From: Euglena gracilis
Taxonomy: Eukaryota
DNA: 64,000 nt
NCBI GenBank assembly: GCA_039621445.1
Contig: CP154954.1
Coordinates: 29,888,395 to 29,952,394, forward strand
Direction: 5' to 3'
The translations under genes were made by a program, and so were the position numbers. The notes below the pieces were generated by a model. That model was not told where the DNA came from. It saw only the letters and a program-made list of their open reading frames with translations, and did not search any database. Of this stretch, positions 59,495 through 64,000 are shown piece after piece; the first letter of the stretch is position 1, and each line of letters begins with the position of its first letter.

Positions 59495-61747
59495 TCAGGG
59501 GGGTACCCCCATTTTTTCCAAGATTACCCATAAAAGCGTAAAAGCGCTTTGGTAACGCTTTAAGCTGGGGTTTCTCCCCAGGAAATCGTCAATGGTTTTA
59601 TTTTGAATTTGTTTCCCCTCCATGATTTGCCTGAGCAAATCATGCAAAGGAGGGGCCACCTGGGGGGTGGCATTTTTTCCCCCCTGCAGTTTTTGAACAT
59701 GCCCATGTAGGGGGTGATTTTCAGGCAGGGGGTCCCTGGTACTTTCATCTTTATTAATTGGGGCCACCATGTGGCTGAATCCCAAAAGGGGGTGACCATC
59801 AAAACTTTGGTCTGGGGAAACATTCTCAATCGTGGGAGAAATTTCTGAATGATTGACCAAGGGGGGTTTGCATAAAGATCCCCCATGTTGTCCAGGGGAC
59901 ATTGGAGGGCATCCACTGCCCTGGCCTCCCAGTGGGGCCATCTGGCCACAAAATTGGACAGTTTTTTGTTGCCAGGGGAGGCAAATAAATCTGTTTCCAA
60001 ATTTATGAAATCTTTGAAATGCTGCCTTAGCCATTGAAAGAGCTGGGGGTCCAGTGAGTAATCCCCCCTGTCTGACTCCCACCTGCTTATGGGGTCTGCT
60101 AAGCACTCCTGTGAAGGAACCCATTTCACTTGTAGATTTAAATTGTTTTCCATGCACCATTTGAAAAACGGCCTTAGAAGGCTGTTGAAAGGGTCTTTTC
60201 TGCCCCCCCCTTTTGTCAGGTAATAATAAATTACCTGATTGTCTACTGAAAGGGACACCGTTTCCCCTGGCCTGCTTAGACTTTTCACTGTGCTGATGGC
60301 TGCACGTAATTCTTTTACATTGATATGTAAAATGGAGTTTTCTCTCCAAAATTCTTGGACAATTTCTCCAGTACGAATGTCTAGCCCCCCCCAGGCATGG
60401 GTGCTGCTGTCTGAGTGCAACTCCCTGGTTGCATTTTGGGGGAAGGGTCTGCCCCCCCAGGTGTCCAGTAGAATTTTTATTTCCTTTAATTGGGCCTTGA
60501 TTTCCTGGGAAATGGGGTGTTTTGAGTCCCAGGGGGCTGTGGACTTTGCCACCAAAAAATTTGCCAGGGTGTCTGTAAAAGCCCTTAAAAAGGGCAGGGC
60601 CATTAGATTGCATCTTATTTGACCCAAAATGGCAGCCAATTGCCTTTTTGACATGTATTCTTTTTTCACGATTTTTCCCAGCTCCTTTTTTATAGTTTTG
60701 ACTTTCTGGGGGGGCACCTGTAGCTTTCCTTCCTGGAAGTTCAGTTGAAAACCCAGATGGGTTACTACTTGGGTGGGCTGGAGGGTGGACTTTTTCACAT
60801 TGATTTTGAACCCAGAATCCAGCAAATCTTTGACAATTGTGTTCAGGTGATTTTGTAAATTGTTTTGTGTGGGGGCCACCAGCAAAATGTCGTCCAGGTA
60901 AACAAACACCTGGATGCCCCTTTTTCTCCACAGCTTTTCGAAAGTTTTCATGACTGACATGAAAATTTGGGGCATTACATTTAGCCCAAAGCAGCCTGTC
61001 TGAAATTCCCAGGTCTGCCCCCCCACCTGATGTCTCAAAAAAGGTCTTAGGCCTGGGCTCACTGGAATATGAAAATAGGCATCCTTTAAATCTATTTTTG
61101 CTGCCCAGTGGCCTTTTTCCAAAACTGGAAAAATGTGTTGGATATGATCCAGCTTGAAAGGTTTTACTTGGAACTGCTGATTTAATTCTCTGCAGTCGCT
61201 GATCATTCTCCATTTGGTTGTTCCCCCTTCTGGTTTCGAAATTAGAAACCATGGGATTAAATGCTGGGTTTCTGAATCCCAAACTCGTTTTATTGACCCA
61301 GTTTTTTCGTAATCCAACAGGATTTTTTCTGCCTGGTTCAGGTCCAGATTGGCTCTGGGTTTTGGGTGGGTGGACAATTTTGGGGGATTTACCCAGGGGG
61401 GTTGAATTCCATTTTTGATCAATTGACATGTTGCTGGGGTGGCATTTTTTGTCCACCATTTTAGACTTTTCTGAAGTCTCTGGTACAGGGGGGTGTCTCC
61501 CCATTTTTCCTCCATGGAATTTATTTTCCAAATTAGATGATTTTTGGGGTGCTGGGTGGGGGGTGTTGGACACTGCACCCCTAGGGATTGAGCATTCTGC
61601 AAGGGTTGCTGGGGGGGTGTGCATGCTCTTCTCACAGGCTCTCTGGTCCTCCACTTTGTCATTGGTGTTGTCATTTGACATACCACAGGGGCCCCTTTTT
61701 GGGTATCCCCCTTGTTTTGACTTGCCCCTGCCATGGGCATTGAACAA
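59495..61747 (-). CDS. 750-aa ORF overlapping pol in another frame; probably the N-terminal extension of the YR ORF
   Basis: Stop-free for 2.25 kb. Its end (SLKRYQSAFTLLW) resembles the YR N-terminal core-binding region and joins the YR ORF by a +1 shift. Confidence 0.6.
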   Translation of the reverse strand: MFNAHGRGKSKQGGYPKRGPCGMSNDNTNDKVEDQRACEKSMHTPPATLAECSIPRGAVSNTPHPAPQKSSNLENKFHGGKMGRHPPVPETSEKSKMVDKKCHPSNMSIDQKWNSTPLGKSPKIVHPPKTQSQSGPEPGRKNPVGLRKNWVNKTSLGFRNPAFNPMVSNFETRRGNNQMENDQRLQRIKSAVPSKTFQAGSYPTHFSSFGKRPLGSKNRFKGCLFSYSSEPRPKTFFETSGGGADLGISDRLLWAKCNAPNFHVSHENFRKAVEKKGHPGVCLPGRHFAGGPHTKQFTKSPEHNCQRFAGFWVQNQCEKVHPPAHPSSNPSGFSTELPGRKATGAPPESQNYKKGAGKNREKRIHVKKAIGCHFGSNKMQSNGPALFKGFYRHPGKFFGGKVHSPLGLKTPHFPGNQGPIKGNKNSTGHLGGQTLPPKCNQGVALRQQHPCLGGARHSYWRNCPRILERKLHFTYQCKRITCSHQHSEKSKQARGNGVPFSRQSGNLLLPDKRGGQKRPFQQPSKAVFQMVHGKQFKSTSEMGSFTGVLSRPHKQVGVRQGGLLTGPPALSMAKAAFQRFHKFGNRFICLPWQQKTVQFCGQMAPLGGQGSGCPPMSPGQHGGSLCKPPLVNHSEISPTIENVSPDQSFDGHPLLGFSHMVAPINKDESTRDPLPENHPLHGHVQKLQGGKNATPQVAPPLHDLLRQIMEGKQIQNKTIDDFLGRNPSLKRYQSAFTLLWVILEKMGVPP

Positions 61748-62676
61748 GAAATGTGAGGGGGGGTTGCCCCCTTGTCCTCCACTGCCCCTGTGGGGGCATC
61801 CTCCTGGGGCTGCTGTAGTTGATGTATATATAAGGTTTGCACCTTAGCTTCTGGGGGGCCATTTCTGGTCCACCCCTTTGGCCCCCATGGCCTTGTTGAC
61901 GCATTTGGCCTCCCTGGCCTGATAAATGCTGGCCTCCATGGCCCTGTGAAAACTGGCCGCCCTGGCCCTGTGAAAATTGGCCGCCCTGGCCTTGTGAAAA
62001 CTGGCCACCATGGCCTTGCACTTCTTGGCCACCATGGCCGTGCACATGAAATTGAACAGGATTCTGGCCCATATGGCCTTGGTCTCCCCTCCATGGGGCT
62101 GTTCTTGACCTTGGTCTCCAGCTCCAATGGAAATCTGGGGGGGCTGCTGTGCCCCCCCTGCTTCCCCTTGGGAGGGGTTGTTGTGTTAGAAAAATTGGGG
62201 GGATTTGACAGACCTTTCCTCCCCCTTCCTGTGGGGAGATGCTTGTGGAATTGGCCTCCATGGCCACCACCTTGTCCTTGATTCCATCTCCTGGCAGCTG
62301 GTTGGGCTTGTGGGACATGCCCCTGGAATCCTTTGGGTTTCTGTTGTCCCATCTGGCTTGATTTTGGGGCCCCAATGCCCAGATGTTTCTGCCCGTATTG
62401 GGCTGGGGGTTCTTTCCTCGTTCTGGTCCTTCTGACCACTGTGGTCCACAGTCCGTGGCCGTCACTGGGTGGGGGTTTTTTCTGGGAATTTTTTGATGAA
62501 GGGATCTGGGGGGAAGGGACGGCCACGGTTCGCCACGTTCTGTCCGCATCTCCAGTTTCTCCAGCTGCTGCGGCGACTGCTGCTCCAGGTAGTCCACGTC
62601 GAGTGTTTGATGCCAATTTCTTCTCCACAGCATTGTTCATTGAAGTCAGATTTGAAATTGATAATTGGCTTGTCAA
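59560..62676 (-). CDS. DIRS pol: reverse transcriptase, RNase H and adenine-methyltransferase-like domain
   Basis: KIDLKDAYFHI, FGLNVMP, YLDD. RNase H: SDSS...HINVKEL...DNQ...ADPISR. MT-like: DLFASPGN...ANPPW. Confidence 0.95.
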   Translation of the reverse strand: MTSQLSISNLTSMNNAVEKKLASNTRRGLPGAAVAAAAGETGDADRTWRTVAVPSPQIPSSKNSQKKPPPSDGHGLWTTVVRRTRTRKEPPAQYGQKHLGIGAPKSSQMGQQKPKGFQGHVPQAQPAARRWNQGQGGGHGGQFHKHLPTGRGRKGLSNPPNFSNTTTPPKGKQGGHSSPPRFPLELETKVKNSPMEGRPRPYGPESCSISCARPWWPRSARPWWPVFTRPGRPIFTGPGRPVFTGPWRPAFIRPGRPNASTRPWGPKGWTRNGPPEAKVQTLYIHQLQQPQEDAPTGAVEDKGATPPHISCSMPMAGASQNKGDTQKGAPVVCQMTTPMTKWRTREPVRRACTPPQQPLQNAQSLGVQCPTPPTQHPKNHLIWKINSMEEKWGDTPLYQRLQKSLKWWTKNATPATCQLIKNGIQPPWVNPPKLSTHPKPRANLDLNQAEKILLDYEKTGSIKRVWDSETQHLIPWFLISKPEGGTTKWRMISDCRELNQQFQVKPFKLDHIQHIFPVLEKGHWAAKIDLKDAYFHIPVSPGLRPFLRHQVGGQTWEFQTGCFGLNVMPQIFMSVMKTFEKLWRKRGIQVFVYLDDILLVAPTQNNLQNHLNTIVKDLLDSGFKINVKKSTLQPTQVVTHLGFQLNFQEGKLQVPPQKVKTIKKELGKIVKKEYMSKRQLAAILGQIRCNLMALPFLRAFTDTLANFLVAKSTAPWDSKHPISQEIKAQLKEIKILLDTWGGRPFPQNATRELHSDSSTHAWGGLDIRTGEIVQEFWRENSILHINVKELRAAISTVKSLSRPGETVSLSVDNQVIYYYLTKGGGRKDPFNSLLRPFFKWCMENNLNLQVKWVPSQECLADPISRWESDRGDYSLDPQLFQWLRQHFKDFINLETDLFASPGNKKLSNFVARWPHWEARAVDALQCPLDNMGDLYANPPWSIIQKFLPRLRMFPQTKVLMVTPFWDSATWWPQLIKMKVPGTPCLKITPYMGMFKNCRGEKMPPPRWPLLCMICSGKSWRGNKFKIKPLTISWGETPA
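61671..62633 (-). CDS. gag-like ORF1 of the DIRS element
   Basis: First ORF after the left ITR; GQGGQFSQ repeats and a basic C-terminus. Assigned by position. Confidence 0.65.
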   Translation of the reverse strand: MLWRRNWHQTLDVDYLEQQSPQQLEKLEMRTERGEPWPSLPPRSLHQKIPRKNPHPVTATDCGPQWSEGPERGKNPQPNTGRNIWALGPQNQARWDNRNPKDSRGMSHKPNQLPGDGIKDKVVAMEANSTSISPQEGGGKVCQIPPIFLTQQPLPRGSRGGTAAPPDFHWSWRPRSRTAPWRGDQGHMGQNPVQFHVHGHGGQEVQGHGGQFSQGQGGQFSQGQGGQFSQGHGGQHLSGQGGQMRQQGHGGQRGGPEMAPQKLRCKPYIYINYSSPRRMPPQGQWRTRGQPPLTFLVQCPWQGQVKTRGIPKKGPLWYVK

Positions 62677-64000
62677 TTGACACTCGTCAGGTTCGTGTCT
62701 TTCTGGATATTCTTATTCTGTTGACTTCTCCTCTTGGTTCTCCTTCGTTCGAGACTCTGTTCCTTTCTTCTGGGTGTCGAAGGGCAAATTAAGAATCAGC
62801 CAACTCCGGCGAAAAAAGGCACTAAGCGGGACCTCCTAACCCAACGCACCCAAACAATCCAAACAACACCGCCGGCGAGCAAGGCATGGCCTCACAAGGG
62901 CAAAGTGCGGAGCCCGAGGTGTCTGGATGGCATTGATGGCAAAACATTATGCTTATTTTTTGTTTCAAAAGGTTTTCTTTGCACACGCAGCAGCACACCA
63001 CAACAAGGGTGCACCCATTTGGCCCACCAGTGGATGAGCCGAAGACAATTTCGCGAAAGCGTTTATCTTACAAACAATTGGGTGGAGGTTGCAAGGCGGA
63101 CCATTGCAGTCGAAAAGCGGGTGGCCATTTAAAATGTCAATCCAGGGTTTTTCATAAAAATGTGTTGGACCACATTATTGCTCACTGACCCCCCGGGGGG
63201 CAGGGCAGAACGGGAAGGCCTGGTGGGGGGGGGTCGACCCCCGACCCGGCCCGGGAGGTGGGGGGGGGGGGGGGGGGGGTCGACCCACCCACCACAGCAT
63301 TTTCACCGATTTCGGGAAAATGTGCTACTTTTTAGGGTGGGGAGGGGGTGAAAAAAACGAAGGTCAAAAAAAGTGGACAAAATTTTGGCACAATCAAATT
63401 TTACTGACATTTTTTCTCGTTGATATTTTTTGGACTTTCAATGGCATTTTTTGCTTCAAAAACCTCTCAAAATCAACATTTTGAGAAAATGTTGATTTTT
63501 TTGGAAGGTGTGAAAAAATGGGGTTTCGGGTGGTTTTTGCCCGGAAAAAATTTTTGGGTCCAAAAATTGGTGTTCCCGGAAATACGGGAAGGGGTGGTGG
63601 GGGGGGGGGTGGTCGACCCCCCCACCCACCACCCTGACTGTTCGGCCAATTCCCGTTCTGCCCTGCCCGGGGGGGGAAGGGGGTCACTTTCCACCATCCA
63701 CTTCCTGCATTCTCCCCCCCCCACTTCCTGGCTACTCGGGACAAAATGCATCAATATCAATCAATTTTTGGGACCAAAAGCCCCAAAAAATTCCAGCACC
63801 TTTGGCGCAAGAAGGGGCAGAGTTTGGGAGAGTGGGTGGGGCATGGGGGGTCTGCCACCAAAACAAAACCACAAAAAAAACCAGCCACCCTCCCCCCCCC
63901 CCGCTTACTTGGGCTGCGGGAATTGCCAACAAAAAGTTTGACTAGACGGACCGGACTTAGATGTCGAAATTGGTAGCAAAAATTCTGCCGAATTTTTGGG

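Larger units (their letters stand above)
58317..62924 (-). mobile_element. DIRS-type tyrosine-recombinase retrotransposon, near intact
   Basis: ITRs at 58379-58479 and 62796-62898. Internal complementary region 58612-58718 matches both element ends. gag, RT-RNaseH-MT and YR ORFs present; no TSD seen. Confidence 0.95.

Noticed and set aside
59560-60010. Methyltransferase motifs as a bacterial restriction-modification or phage gene
   Set aside because: Fused in frame to RT-RNaseH, as is normal for DIRS1-like elements.

Overview
Eukaryotic, intron-rich genomic DNA, most likely from a euglenid (inferred from the intron type). Four + strand genes can be partly reconstructed by hand: the 3' end of a short-chain dehydrogenase, an SPX-EXS (XPR1/SYG1/PHO1-like) phosphate exporter, an unknown protein with a possible SPOC domain, and an AAA_28/Ttd14-like P-loop NTPase. 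They mix GT-AG and GC-AG introns with at least 11 non-conventional stem-loop introns, each with 3 nt before the terminal stem and 5 nt after it. The window also has many non-autonomous CAG...CTG TIR elements with 8-bp target-site duplications (TSDs). The key observation is that 3+5 equals 8, so splicing such an element removes exactly one TSD copy. One young element (50977-51265, perfect 16-bp TIR and perfect 8-bp TSD) interrupts an apparent exon and restores the frame when spliced by that rule, which suggests MITEs acting as intron generators. The right end holds a near-intact DIRS-type retrotransposon (gag, RT/RNaseH/MT, tyrosine recombinase, ITRs and ICR) next to a degenerate relative. All gene models are manual and lack transcript support.
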